Below are positions 47,821 through 58,019 of a stretch of 64,000 bases of DNA, piece after piece. Position numbers and translations under genes: made by a program. Positions within the stretch are counted from its first letter, which is position 1, and every line of letters begins with the position of its first letter. Source of the stretch: an uncultured Alphaproteobacteria bacterium (GTDB lineage Bacteria; Pseudomonadota; Alphaproteobacteria; Rs-D84); contig CALXWX010000003.1 in assembly GCA_944392565.1 (NCBI GenBank), positions 66,964 through 130,963 of the forward strand, written 5' to 3'. Below the pieces are notes generated by a model that was not told the origin of the DNA, did not search any database, and was given only the letters and a program-made list of their open reading frames with translations.

Positions 47821-48522
47821 TTATTCGCGCCATGTAACAGAATCAAACAGCGCATTTATACACCCGCGCAGGTTATCATCTGTAAAGAACTGGCTGCGCA
47901 TATCGGGCGTTGTATTATGTTCAGAATCTTCGAAATGCGGGATGTATTTTTGAACGGCAAATTTTTTTACACCGCGCGCATGTAAATCATTTGCGATTTC
48001 CATCAGATCCATTTTTGTAACAAATCGCGGATCGCATGTGATGCGCACTTCGAAATCTTTGCCGGTTGATTGCCATATGTCCAAACTGTGAATCATATGG
48101 TCATGTGCAATATTCTGCCCGACCAATTCGCCGTATTTATCGCGCCGTGCCTTGTAATCCAGACCAATCCAATCAACAACATCGGCGGCGCGTGCCAATG
48201 TGTCGGGATAAAATCCATTTGTATGCAGCCCGATTGCGAACCCCAATTCACGAACGCGGCGCATATAATCAATTAATGCATCGCCCTGCATTAATGCTTC
48301 GCCCCCGGAAAATACGACCGCTTCCAGTTTGCCGACGCGACTGCCCAGCCATTCCAAAACCTTGTCCGGGTCGTATTCGCCATCGTGCGGGGATATCAGA
48401 TGTGGATTAGAACAATACGCACACCGCAATGGACACCCCACCAGAAACAGCACAGCCGCCAATTTCCCGGGGTAATCAATTGTTGTGAACGGTACCAATC
48501 CACCAATCTGAATCTCTCTCAT
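47821..48522 (-). CDS. nrdG: Anaerobic ribonucleoside-triphosphate reductase activating protein (radical SAM)
   Basis: CPLRCAYCSNP radical-SAM cluster motif and FSGGEALMQ. Confidence 0.8.
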   Translation of the reverse strand: MREIQIGGLVPFTTIDYPGKLAAVLFLVGCPLRCAYCSNPHLISPHDGEYDPDKVLEWLGSRVGKLEAVVFSGGEALMQGDALIDYMRRVRELGFAIGLHTNGFYPDTLARAADVVDWIGLDYKARRDKYGELVGQNIAHDHMIHSLDIWQSTGKDFEVRITCDPRFVTKMDLMEIANDLHARGVKKFAVQKYIPHFEDSEHNTTPDMRSQFFTDDNLRGCINALFDSVTWRE

Positions 48523-48526
48523 AACC

Positions 48527-48712
48527 TTATGCCGCTTTCTTCATCAATTCACTGTGGCGTTGACCAGTGGTCAGACTGTTTGCCTCAGTAAAAGTTTTTC
48601 TTTCGCAAAATTCAGAATATTTTCCAATGTTAAAATTGGAAACCGGTCTGATAAAACCCATCGAACGTGAAAATACTTCACATGGTGTTCTTTGCGTGAT
48701 TACTTCTGACAT
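48527..48712 (-). CDS. Stand-alone glycyl-radical segment corresponding to the C-terminus of NrdD
   Basis: 61 aa. VFSRSMGFIRPVSNFNIGKYSEFCERK fits the NrdD C-terminal glycyl-radical pattern (xRxxG[YF]xxxxxxNxGKxxExxxR). It has its own SD (aagggagg) 5-6 nt before the ATG. It lies 38 nt downstream of the nrdD stop in a different frame. Confidence 0.5.
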   Translation of the reverse strand: MSEVITQRTPCEVFSRSMGFIRPVSNFNIGKYSEFCERKTFTEANSLTTGQRHSELMKKAA

Positions 48713-48750
48713 AATGTTTTTCCTCCCTTTCTTGTTTTTTGTTTTGTTAT

Positions 48751-50808
48751 TTATTTCAAAACTGTTTCCGCCGCCGATTCAACGGCATTTTGATTCGCAG
48801 CAATTTCCGCATCACACTTTGGACAGAATTCATACCGCCCCGGCAAATATCCATGCTTTGGGCAAATTGAAAATGTCGGCGTCAGTGTCATATACGGAAT
48901 CTTATAGTTTTCGAAAATCGTGCGCACAATTTTTTCCGCCGCCGCACCGCTGGATACCGGTTCGCCCATATACAGGTGCAACATTGTTCCGCCCGTGTAT
49001 TTGCGCTGTAAATCTTCTTGGTGTTCCAGTGCAACGAATGGATCATCTGTATAATTCACCGGCAATTGCGTTGAATTTGTATAGTACGGTGCATCTTTGG
49101 TCCCCGCCGTGATAATGTCTGGGAAATTTTTGACATCTGTCTTGGCAAATCGGTATGAACATCCCTCGGCTGGGGTCGCCTCTAAATTATACAGGTTGCC
49201 GGTTTGTTCCTGGAATTGAACCAGGTTTTCACGGATAAAGTCCATTAAATCCAGCACCAATTTCTTGCCCATCGGGGTTGCAATGTTTTCTTTATCGTTT
49301 GTAAAATTGCGAACCATTTCATTTGCGCCATTTACCCCAATTGTCGAAAAATGATGATCCCAGTTGCCCAGATACCGACGCGTAAACGGATACAATCCGC
49401 GTTCCATATTCTTGGTAATTATGCGGCGTTTAATTTCCAATGAATCACGTGCCAAATCCAACAGACGCTTTAATTCACGGAACAGCCCATCCCGATCACC
49501 CTTGTGCGTATAGCCCAACCGTGCCAAATTAATTGTAACAACACCGATTGACCCGGTCTTTTCTGCCGACCCGAACAGACCGCCACCGCGCTTTAACAAT
49601 TCGCGCACATCCAACCGCAACCGACAGCACATTGAACGCACATCGGTCGGATTTAAATCAGAATTCAAGAAATTCTGAAAGTTTGGAATTCCATACTTTG
49701 CCGCCAGGTCAAATAATGGTTTAACATTCGGGTGCGACCATGGGAAATCCTTGGTGATATTATATGTCGGAATTGGGAAAGTAAACGGCCGTCCCATGGC
49801 ATCGCCTTCGGTCATTACTTCCAAAAATGCACGATTTATAATATCCATTTCCGGTTGCAGGTCGCCATAAGTGAAATCCATTTGTTTCTTGCCGATGAAC
49901 GGATGTTGATTCTTTAAATCTTCGGGGCATGTCCAATCGAATGTAAAGTTAATAAATGGTGTCTGGGTTCCCCAACGACATGGCACCGCACAGTTAAAGA
50001 TTAATGTTTGCATGGCATTTTTAACATCGGCATACGACAAATTATCCACGCGAACATATGGCGCCAGATATGTATCCACCGAAGAAAACGCCTGGGCGCC
50101 GGCAAATTCATTCTGTAATGTACCCAAGAAGTTCACCATATGCGAAATCGCCGTTGCCATATGCCGCGCCGGCTCGCATTGCAAGTATCCAGGGACGCCA
50201 TTGAACCCTTCGTACAATAACTCGCGCAATGACCAACCGGCGCAATACCCGGTTAACCACCCCAGGTCATGAATATGAACCGCCGCGTTTTTGTGTGCTT
50301 CGGCGACTTCGCGTGGGTACAGATTCAGCCAGTATTCCGCCGTCACCCGTTCAGATGTGCGCAAAATCAGTCCACCAATTGAATATCCAACATTTGCATT
50401 TTCTTTAATACGCCAGTTTGAACCGCCGACATATCCTTCTATAACCTCGACCGCGTCAACATAAGAATCGCGAATCTCTGTCCGTTTTTGACGATAAATA
50501 ATATAAGATTGTGCAGTCTTGTACGCATGTGCATCCATCAGTGATTCGATAACCGCTTCTTGAACATCTTCAACGGTTGGGTGTTTATCAATAAACTGTA
50601 ATTCCAGCTTGGTTAATGCATTTTGTGTAATATTTGCAATTTGTTCATCTGATATTTCGTGCGTGACCGCAACAGCCTTTTTAATTGCATCAAATATTTT
50701 TTTTGAATCAAAAGGGACAGATTCCCCTGAACGCTTTTGCACAACATTCAAACGCGTGGTAAGTGTCGGAATAATCTGAATTTTATTATCGTTTTCTGAT
50801 ACAGACAT
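48751..50808 (-). CDS. nrdD: Anaerobic ribonucleoside-triphosphate reductase (class III), ending after the zinc ribbon
   Basis: N-terminal ATP cone (VVQKRSGESVPFDSKKIFDAIKKA). Class III core. C-terminal zinc ribbon CPKHGY...CPKCD, after which the ORF stops without the glycyl-radical loop. Confidence 0.85.
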   Translation of the reverse strand: MSVSENDNKIQIIPTLTTRLNVVQKRSGESVPFDSKKIFDAIKKAVAVTHEISDEQIANITQNALTKLELQFIDKHPTVEDVQEAVIESLMDAHAYKTAQSYIIYRQKRTEIRDSYVDAVEVIEGYVGGSNWRIKENANVGYSIGGLILRTSERVTAEYWLNLYPREVAEAHKNAAVHIHDLGWLTGYCAGWSLRELLYEGFNGVPGYLQCEPARHMATAISHMVNFLGTLQNEFAGAQAFSSVDTYLAPYVRVDNLSYADVKNAMQTLIFNCAVPCRWGTQTPFINFTFDWTCPEDLKNQHPFIGKKQMDFTYGDLQPEMDIINRAFLEVMTEGDAMGRPFTFPIPTYNITKDFPWSHPNVKPLFDLAAKYGIPNFQNFLNSDLNPTDVRSMCCRLRLDVRELLKRGGGLFGSAEKTGSIGVVTINLARLGYTHKGDRDGLFRELKRLLDLARDSLEIKRRIITKNMERGLYPFTRRYLGNWDHHFSTIGVNGANEMVRNFTNDKENIATPMGKKLVLDLMDFIRENLVQFQEQTGNLYNLEATPAEGCSYRFAKTDVKNFPDIITAGTKDAPYYTNSTQLPVNYTDDPFVALEHQEDLQRKYTGGTMLHLYMGEPVSSGAAAEKIVRTIFENYKIPYMTLTPTFSICPKHGYLPGRYEFCPKCDAEIAANQNAVESAAETVLK

Positions 50809-51175
50809 TTTTATACCCCAATATCAATATCTAGTGGTTATTTTTTAAATTTGATAACAATATATAGTATATATCGTGTCGCGGCAACAGATAAAAAATA
50901 AAAATTTTTTTATTTTTTTCTTTACTTTTAAAAAGGGGGCTTTTCTGCGCCTCTGCCGGATACGATTCATCCAGAATTAAATACAAAACATCATTTTGTG
51001 TAAAAAAATAATGTTTTTTTACATGCGATATGATTCGTTTCATTTGTGAATGTACAAAATATAGATATGTTTTTTCGAATCAGGAACTATATATTGACGA
51101 AATATGTTTGTGCAATGTAAAATAAATGTTGACAAAAACATAAATGTGTATTATTTTTGTAAAAAAGGGATATAC

Positions 51176-52018
51176 ATGTCAAAATTGGATAACAAGCGAA
51201 TCAGAAATATTCTAAGATATGACACAAGCAAGGCGTATTTTGGCAGTTTCACTGCCAATGATTTAAGTAATGCCGTTGGACGAATCAAAGCATCAAGAAA
51301 TTGGACCAATCCAATAGATGCTGTCAACATTTATATTGGTCATATTGATGGCGATGTAATTTGTAATGCACTGTGGCATGAAATGTCATACAATCCGGTG
51401 CGTTTCGGTACGGTGTCGCCATTTATGTTCCATGGGAAAAACAGCCTGTATCATTTTTGTAATTCATCAAATAATCATGCATTAACACCAGAAAACATGA
51501 AAATTTTTTCTGATATTCAGTATGAATTAAAGGGGTTTATGCAGCGAAATGCCCATCCAAATGGCTCTTGGAATGATACGATTATTGGTGAATATTTAAC
51601 AATCAGATTGAAAAATGGACATACCAATCGTGAATACAAAATGCTGGCGCATTTGCGTGATTGCATCAGAATTATAACGACACAAAATATAAACGATTTT
51701 ACAGACGAAACTATGCCGTATCGTGCGGGTATTATTTCAACATTACATAACAGTGAACAAAATGGCAAACATGGGCATTCAACTGTAAAATTAATCAATT
51801 CAAATCATCCGGTTGCGTCAGTTTCAAAAATAAATGACGATGAATCAAAATATAGTGTGGCACTGGAATACGACTATGATGTTCGTATAGATAATTTGAT
51901 TGAAAGTTTAAAAATAATAATTGAAAATAAAACATATTATGACCGTCGTACATATGAACAGGCATTGCGTGATTATGAATACTGGATTGCGCAGCAAGGT
52001 ACAGATCATCAGTATTAA
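51176..52018 (+). CDS. Hypothetical protein (AT-rich gene, no assignable domain)
   Basis: ORF 51104..52018. The likely start is MSKLDNKRIRN at 51176. Very AT-rich codon usage relative to its neighbours. Confidence 0.3.
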   Translation: MSKLDNKRIRNILRYDTSKAYFGSFTANDLSNAVGRIKASRNWTNPIDAVNIYIGHIDGDVICNALWHEMSYNPVRFGTVSPFMFHGKNSLYHFCNSSNNHALTPENMKIFSDIQYELKGFMQRNAHPNGSWNDTIIGEYLTIRLKNGHTNREYKMLAHLRDCIRIITTQNINDFTDETMPYRAGIISTLHNSEQNGKHGHSTVKLINSNHPVASVSKINDDESKYSVALEYDYDVRIDNLIESLKIIIENKTYYDRRTYEQALRDYEYWIAQQGTDHQY

Positions 52019-52026
52019 TACATTAA

Positions 52027-52056
52027 TAAAAAATGCGCGATTTGCGCATTTTTTAT
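52027..52056. terminator. Bidirectional rho-independent terminator
   Basis: aaaaaatgcgcgatttgcgcatttttta. Confidence 0.6.
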
Positions 52057-53294
52057 TTGCATATTGCAATGTATGGCGGCACAGAACGTTCGGAATCAAT
52101 TTCACCATCACCACAATCCATACAGTTAAATTTTCTGTTTTGGGAATGCGCTGTATCAAATGGTACAGAATGTCCCTGGATTGCTGAAACATTTGCGGCA
52201 TATGATGCAGATGGGAAACCGAAATAAAATGCATGCGATGCATCATTGCATTCGCGCGGATTGCCCGGATAGCATTCTGGGTTATTTATTTTTGTTGGAT
52301 CTGGGATGCATGCAGTTGCACATGTATCTGGATCTGTTATCATAACTTCGCAATCTGTACATGATGATGCGGCTGGCACACGCAGTGTCGTTCCAATTGC
52401 CCCGAATATTGCACCCCGGGATGTGGTTTGACATTTTTTTACATCTTGGGTTATATTTGGATCGGCAACACATTCCCATTCTAATGTGGTATAATTCAGA
52501 CGCGCAATCATATTATCTGGACATGCTTTTTCTGGAAACGGGTTTACGCATTCCCATACGCTGTCAACCAAGACCGCTGTTTGTTGTTCTGCACATAATG
52601 GCTTTTTTGATTCGTCCGCCACACATTGCAGCAATTCTGAATCCCATATCATATCACCACCGCAATCCATTTTTGTATTAATTCCGATACATTGCCATCG
52701 TCCAAACCGATATGTTTTAACTGTACCAACCGGGCAAATAATATCTGTCTGAACCGCGGCGGTAAAAACAGTTTCTTCGTCTGGGATTTCGTATTGTGTA
52801 AAATAAATCAATTGACCATTTGTTAATCCCAGTTCATCAATTATTGCATCTGGCACAGAACGCGCATTTGCCATACCGCCCGCCATAATTTTCCCATCCA
52901 GAAAAATTCCAAAAGAACCCGCATCTGGAAAGTCTTCTTCCAGCACTTCCAGCATATTATTATAATTATTTGCATCCAGTGGCGCAGACATCGTAATTAT
53001 ATAACTGTATGTAGGCTTTTTATTGCGGGTTATTTCGCAATCGGTTATTTGTTTGCTGCTGTTTAAGCATATATATTGACTGGTGATAGAATTTTGTTCA
53101 ATACAAATATCTTGGAATTTTGTTCCTTTGATTTGTGCATTATGTGCCGCAGATGCGCATTGTGCAATCGCGCGCAAATCAGACCGATTTATTGCATATT
53201 CCGTTTCTTGTTCTTGCACGCGTTGACTGGGACTGCTGATCATATAAAAACCAACCATAAATATCGCGACTAAAATCATCATAAAAATATTCAT
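52053..53294 (-). CDS. Cys-rich secreted or membrane-anchored protein of unknown function
   Basis: N-terminal TM/signal segment (MNIFMMILVAIFMVGFYMI). About 30 Cys in the mature part, many in paired arrangements (CTDCEV, CATAC, CMDCGDGE). Confidence 0.35.
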   Translation of the reverse strand: MNIFMMILVAIFMVGFYMISSPSQRVQEQETEYAINRSDLRAIAQCASAAHNAQIKGTKFQDICIEQNSITSQYICLNSSKQITDCEITRNKKPTYSYIITMSAPLDANNYNNMLEVLEEDFPDAGSFGIFLDGKIMAGGMANARSVPDAIIDELGLTNGQLIYFTQYEIPDEETVFTAAVQTDIICPVGTVKTYRFGRWQCIGINTKMDCGGDMIWDSELLQCVADESKKPLCAEQQTAVLVDSVWECVNPFPEKACPDNMIARLNYTTLEWECVADPNITQDVKKCQTTSRGAIFGAIGTTLRVPAASSCTDCEVMITDPDTCATACIPDPTKINNPECYPGNPRECNDASHAFYFGFPSASYAANVSAIQGHSVPFDTAHSQNRKFNCMDCGDGEIDSERSVPPYIAICK

Positions 53295-53363
53295 TATTCC
53301 CCCTTGCGATTTATTAAAAGTCTAGGTAATATAAGGATAAAATGCAATAGGAAAACAAAAAAT

Positions 53364-53840
53364 ATGAAAAAATATCTGGCTGTTTTATTGGTTTTATCTG
53401 CATGTGGTTTTATGCCAATGTACACAGAACGCGATACAGACATATATGTTGCGCCAATCAGTGGCATAAATGGAATTGATTTACGCAACAGTTTAAATGC
53501 AAAGTTTGGTGGTGCGCATGATGCAGACGCAACATATACATTAACAGTTGATTTGCAAACACCAATCACGCGGTACAAGGCACTGGAATCCACCGGCGAT
53601 GCCACATGGCAAGAAATCGTTTTAACCGCACATTATGTATTACGGGCGGGTGATACAGAAATCGCCCATGGTTCGGAAAGTGCATCAGAATCATACACAT
53701 TTGTGCGATACTTGGTTGCGGCAAATGCGTCATATAATAATGCGGTTGCAAATACAATTGGTGTGTTGGCGGATAAAATTGGTACGCGCGTTATCGCGGA
53801 AACATATCGTTATGAAAACAGTGGCGATACAGCAGAATAA
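53364..53840 (+). CDS. lptE: LPS-assembly lipoprotein LptE-like
   Basis: ORF 53304..53840. The likely start is MKKYLAVLLVLSACG, which has a lipobox. Small lipoprotein immediately upstream of and coupled (TAATG) to holA, the conserved lptE-holA arrangement. Confidence 0.45.
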   Translation: MKKYLAVLLVLSACGFMPMYTERDTDIYVAPISGINGIDLRNSLNAKFGGAHDADATYTLTVDLQTPITRYKALESTGDATWQEIVLTAHYVLRAGDTEIAHGSESASESYTFVRYLVAANASYNNAVANTIGVLADKIGTRVIAETYRYENSGDTAE

Positions 53841-54829
53841 TGAAATGGAAAGAATCTGATTTTAACAGCGGAATTAACAGCATTCGTGCGGTTCTGATAT
53901 ATGGTCCTGATGCGGGCCAGGTTGATGAATATTGTGATCGTGCAGTTGAAAAATTGGAAATAGAGAAAGATAATTTGTTTGCGTTGGATTCCGATGAATT
54001 GCGTGAAAAACAGGATGCATTATTCGCCGAAAGTTGCAGTCCATCAATGTTTGGCGGACGTAAAATGGTAATGATATCAAACGCCACAGACGGTGATGCA
54101 AAATTTATTTCAGATTTAGTAAATCATTCCGGTTTATGTGCAACGGTTGTTGTTGCCGCGGGCGATTTGCGTGCAGGTGGCGGATTGCGTGCGTTATTCG
54201 AAGGCGCGGATAACATGGCGGCATTGGCATGTTATACAGATGATGCGCGTTCATTGGCAACATTAATCCGCCGCGAATTATCTGCATCGGCGGGAATTCA
54301 GCAAATAACCCCCGATGCAATGGCATATATGACAACGCATTTGGGCGGGGACCGCGGCATAACGCGTGGATTCCTGGCAAAGATTGCATTATATGTTGAT
54401 GATAAAAAAATTGTCGAACTGGACGATGTCGAAAAATGCCTGCCGGATACGGGTGCGGCAAATACAGATGATTTTTTGTATTCATTAACTGCGGGTCATA
54501 TCCAGCAAACAATGACCGCGCTGGACAGGTTATTATATGATAACGCCGATCCAAACATGCTGGTTCGTATGTTGGATATGCATTTTAAAAAATTATTAAC
54601 CGCGGTTGTCGAAGGGCAATTGCCGCGTCTGTTTTGGAAAGTTGCTGAAAAATTTAACCAGGCAATGAAGATATGGTCAGAATCAGAAATTGTTGCCGTA
54701 TTACGCCGCTTGAATGAACTGGAACGGCAATTGCGAACCACTGGCATGCCAGGGGAAATATTATTGCGTGATTTTTCATTAAAACTGGCAATGCGTGCGG
54801 CAAAGCTGGCTGTTAAACGAAGGAAATAA
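53840..54829 (+). CDS. holA: DNA polymerase III delta subunit
   Basis: HolA-like N-terminus (AVLIYGPDAGQVDEY) and clamp-loader delta layout. Confidence 0.65.
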   Translation: MKWKESDFNSGINSIRAVLIYGPDAGQVDEYCDRAVEKLEIEKDNLFALDSDELREKQDALFAESCSPSMFGGRKMVMISNATDGDAKFISDLVNHSGLCATVVVAAGDLRAGGGLRALFEGADNMAALACYTDDARSLATLIRRELSASAGIQQITPDAMAYMTTHLGGDRGITRGFLAKIALYVDDKKIVELDDVEKCLPDTGAANTDDFLYSLTAGHIQQTMTALDRLLYDNADPNMLVRMLDMHFKKLLTAVVEGQLPRLFWKVAEKFNQAMKIWSESEIVAVLRRLNELERQLRTTGMPGEILLRDFSLKLAMRAAKLAVKRRK

Positions 54830-54831
54830 AA

Positions 54832-55593
54832 ATGTTATCATCGGTTTATGCACCAAAAGATTTTAAAAGATTGCGTGTTGTTGGTGATTTAGTGGCGCGT
54901 TGTTTTGATTATATTACCCCGCATATCCGGGCGGGAATATCCACCGGTGAAATCGATCGCATGGTTGCAGAATTTCTGCATGCAAATGGCGCGCGTTCTT
55001 CTGACTTGGGATACCAGGGATATCCCAAAAGTATCTGCACATCTGTAAATGATGTTATTGTTCATGGTATCCCCAGTGATGATGTCATATTAAAAGATGG
55101 CGATATTGTAAATGTTGACTTAACCGCAGAGTATAAGGGTTTTCATGGCGACGCATCGCGTATGTTTATGATTGGAAATGTTGCCCCGCGCGCCCGCGAA
55201 TTGGTTCAAACATGCCAAGATGCATTAAATGCGGCAATATCTGTTTGTGCGCCGGGGGTACCATTATCTGAAATTGGGAAAACAATTGAATCTGTTGTAC
55301 TGCCACATGGTTTTTCGATATCGCGTGATTTTGTTGGTCATGGCATTGGCAAGGTTATGCACGACGACCCACAGATTTTTCATTTTTACGATAAAATGTG
55401 GGATAAAGTAAAAATGGTCCCAGGATTGGTTTTTACAATTGAACCCATGATAAATATGGGGCGCCCAGAATGTAAAATTGACCCAGATGGTTGGACGGCA
55501 CGTACGGTTGATGGCGGTTGGTCGGCACAATGGGAACATACATTGGGTATAACCGAAGATGGTGTTATAATATTCACAGAAAAGATGGTTTAA
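54832..55593 (+). CDS. map: Methionine aminopeptidase type I
   Basis: Metal ligands in VNVDLTAEYKGFHGDASRMF, HGIGKVMHDDP and EPMIN...WEHT. Confidence 0.9.
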   Translation: MLSSVYAPKDFKRLRVVGDLVARCFDYITPHIRAGISTGEIDRMVAEFLHANGARSSDLGYQGYPKSICTSVNDVIVHGIPSDDVILKDGDIVNVDLTAEYKGFHGDASRMFMIGNVAPRARELVQTCQDALNAAISVCAPGVPLSEIGKTIESVVLPHGFSISRDFVGHGIGKVMHDDPQIFHFYDKMWDKVKMVPGLVFTIEPMINMGRPECKIDPDGWTARTVDGGWSAQWEHTLGITEDGVIIFTEKMV

Positions 55594-55611
55594 ATAAATT
55601 ATCGGGGCGCC

Positions 55612-56322
55612 GTGGTGAAATCGGATAAAACGGATTTAAATTTTCATGCGGGTCATCGCCAGCGTCTGCGCCAGAAATTTCTGGACGGTCATTTGGCGGA
55701 TTATGAATTATTGGAATTAATTCTTAGTTTTGTAATCCCGCGCCGTGATGTGCGACCATTGGCGCGCGGACTGATTGCACATTTTGGCAGTATATATCAA
55801 ATTTTAACCGCACCAATTGATGATTTAATAAATTTCAATGGAATTGGTTATAATACGGCTGTATTTCTGAAAGCAATATGTCATTTAATGATGACGGGTT
55901 GTAAATTTAAACTGACCGAACAACCAATATTTCATAATGAACAGATTTTAACAAATTATTGTATATTAAAATTATCCGGTAAATCTGTCGAAGAATTTCA
56001 TGTCTTATACCTGGATATGAATTTGCGATTAATTGCAGATGATCTGCATTCAATTGGAACAATTGATTGGTCGCCGGTATTTACGCGTGATATTGTAAAA
56101 CGGGCATTGGATTTAAGTGCGCGTTCTGTTGTATTAATGCATAATCATCCAACCCCAAATACCAGTTTTTCAACCACAGATATTGAAATGACAGAATCTG
56201 TTGAGGCAGCCTTGGCACAATTTGATATTGAATTATATGATCATTATGTTGTATCTGGCGGAATTGTTTATTCGGCACGCAATATGTTTTTATTAAAACA
56301 AGTCCGCAACATTACAAACTGA
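55612..56322 (+). CDS. radC: RadC-like JAB-domain protein
   Basis: HhH N-terminal region and JAMM motif LMHNHPTPNTSFSTTD. Confidence 0.75.
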   Translation: MVKSDKTDLNFHAGHRQRLRQKFLDGHLADYELLELILSFVIPRRDVRPLARGLIAHFGSIYQILTAPIDDLINFNGIGYNTAVFLKAICHLMMTGCKFKLTEQPIFHNEQILTNYCILKLSGKSVEEFHVLYLDMNLRLIADDLHSIGTIDWSPVFTRDIVKRALDLSARSVVLMHNHPTPNTSFSTTDIEMTESVEAALAQFDIELYDHYVVSGGIVYSARNMFLLKQVRNITN

Positions 56323-56925
56323 TTTTAATGGTTTTGATTCGATTTGTACGATTTCATCGTTTTCAATTGTGTATACTGTGCGCGTTGCCATTGTTGGGGT
56401 GTCCCATGAATCTTGCCAATCGCGTGATATTTTTATAACACGAAATTCTGGTTTGAACACAAATTGTAATTTGGTTAATGCGCATTCGGCGCCTTCGGTT
56501 GTTCTGAAACCATCGGGCGTTATATCAATAAAATCACCATTTTTATTTAATTCAATTTTATATTCATAATAAAAGTGTGCCGTACCATTTTCATTGCGGG
56601 TGCGCGTTATACGATCATTCACACCATCTGCATTTATATCGCGGTCAAAAATATCGCGTTCCGAAATTCCGGCACCAAATTCATCCAACTGGTATTGTTC
56701 TGAAAATTCAGGATTAATCAATCCGTCTGAAAATTTCCCACCTGTTTGCGAAAATAATTGTGTTGTGTCTGGCGTTGGGGCAACAGGTGAATTAACGCCA
56801 CCCGTTTTTGCAAAATTTGGCAATGGTCCACCCGCTAAAATATATATTAATACTGCAATTATAACCAGCATTATAATTAGTAAAATATTTACTGTTATAT
56901 TTCCGCGTTCATTTATCATTTTCAT
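56293..56925 (-). CDS. Hypothetical membrane-anchored periplasmic protein
   Basis: ORF 56293..57018. The likely start is MKMINERG at 56925, preceded by aagggga. One N-terminal TM helix. Confidence 0.3.
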   Translation of the reverse strand: MKMINERGNITVNILLIIMLVIIAVLIYILAGGPLPNFAKTGGVNSPVAPTPDTTQLFSQTGGKFSDGLINPEFSEQYQLDEFGAGISERDIFDRDINADGVNDRITRTRNENGTAHFYYEYKIELNKNGDFIDITPDGFRTTEGAECALTKLQFVFKPEFRVIKISRDWQDSWDTPTMATRTVYTIENDEIVQIESKPLKSVCNVADLF

Positions 56926-56941
56926 AATATAATCCCCTTGG

Positions 56942-58000
56942 TTATCCACGGATAACACGACCAACCTGCCATCCTTCGATTTGGCGAATTGCACCCGCCA
57001 CGCGCGCCAGTTCTGCATCGGTTAAATCACTCATTCTGCGATTGATTGACAGACCCGTCAGTTTTTCTATTTGTCTGTGATATGCGGCGGTGTTATTTTC
57101 TGTTGGTGGTGCATATCGACTGATTGCACCTGCGACGGTCAATCTGTTATAACTGTCGCTGCGCAACAGGGTGGTGATTGCACGCATACCTGTTTCTTCA
57201 TCTGGGAAAACCGCAAATCCGCCCGCCTCGCCAATTGCGCCCATACGGCGTGAAAATTCAGAATATCTGATGTTACCCGGATTATTATTACGCCATGCAC
57301 GCGTGCCGCCGGTATGCCGATATGTTGTGCCATCTGAATTTGTATATATAACATCGTTTGATGCGGCGCGTGCGCGTGCCGGGCGATGTGATGATACAGA
57401 CTGGCGCCCTGGTTGCTGTGGGGTATCAACCACTGATGATGTTGGGGTGGGGTGGGGCGCTGGATTTGCGTTTTCTGGTTGCCGGATTGTATTATCGTCT
57501 GGACTGACAATTACATCAACATCTGCTGGTTCCCCAGCCCCAGCCAGTGGCGCATCAGAATATGGCGCCCCAGAATCATATATATCATATTCTTCATACA
57601 GATTGTATTCATCGCCATCCCCCAGTTCCAGTTTTCGTGCATCCAGTAATTTATTTAATTCATCAAACGAAACCTGGATTGTGCGACAACCGCGCGCAAA
57701 CAAATCATCACCCCAGATCGTATTAACAATTGGTACAACCGCCGACACGGTCCCCAGCATAATTATTAAATTGCGTAAATTGGTAAAATAATCCGTCTTG
57801 GCACCGCGTATTAACGATATTGCCCATCCAAATAAAAATAATCCTGTTATGCATACAATTGCAATCCATGCATATTCAAAAAAAGTTTCAAAACTGCGTA
57901 AAATACACGATGGGTCTTCCAGATACAAATATGTGTCATCAATTCCCAATACATGGAAACCAGAATTTTGCAATAATCTAAGAATGGTATCTGTGTTCAT
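56942..58000 (-). CDS. Membrane protein with a Pro-rich linker and a conserved ~120-aa C-terminal module (paralogous to the C-terminus of 59668..60417)
   Basis: Two N-terminal TM helices, then a D/E/P-rich linker. The C-terminal module is GGTRAWRNNNPGNIRYSEFSRRMGAIGEAGGFAVFPDEETGMRAITTLL...AISRYAPPTENNTAAYH...LTGLSINRRMSDLTDAELARV...IEGW. Confidence 0.35.
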   Translation of the reverse strand: MNTDTILRLLQNSGFHVLGIDDTYLYLEDPSCILRSFETFFEYAWIAIVCITGLFLFGWAISLIRGAKTDYFTNLRNLIIMLGTVSAVVPIVNTIWGDDLFARGCRTIQVSFDELNKLLDARKLELGDGDEYNLYEEYDIYDSGAPYSDAPLAGAGEPADVDVIVSPDDNTIRQPENANPAPHPTPTSSVVDTPQQPGRQSVSSHRPARARAASNDVIYTNSDGTTYRHTGGTRAWRNNNPGNIRYSEFSRRMGAIGEAGGFAVFPDEETGMRAITTLLRSDSYNRLTVAGAISRYAPPTENNTAAYHRQIEKLTGLSINRRMSDLTDAELARVAGAIRQIEGWQVGRVIRG

Positions 58001-58019
58001 TGCGCATCATTTTTAACGC

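Noticed and set aside
50809-50900. Possible NrdR boxes upstream of nrdD (e.g. rc of 50822-50840 and 50860-50882 loosely resembling acaCwAtATaTwGtgt)
   Set aside because: The matches to the consensus are partial and the spacing is not the canonical ~31-32 bp. No nrdR gene is in the window. Too weak to call without a PWM scan.
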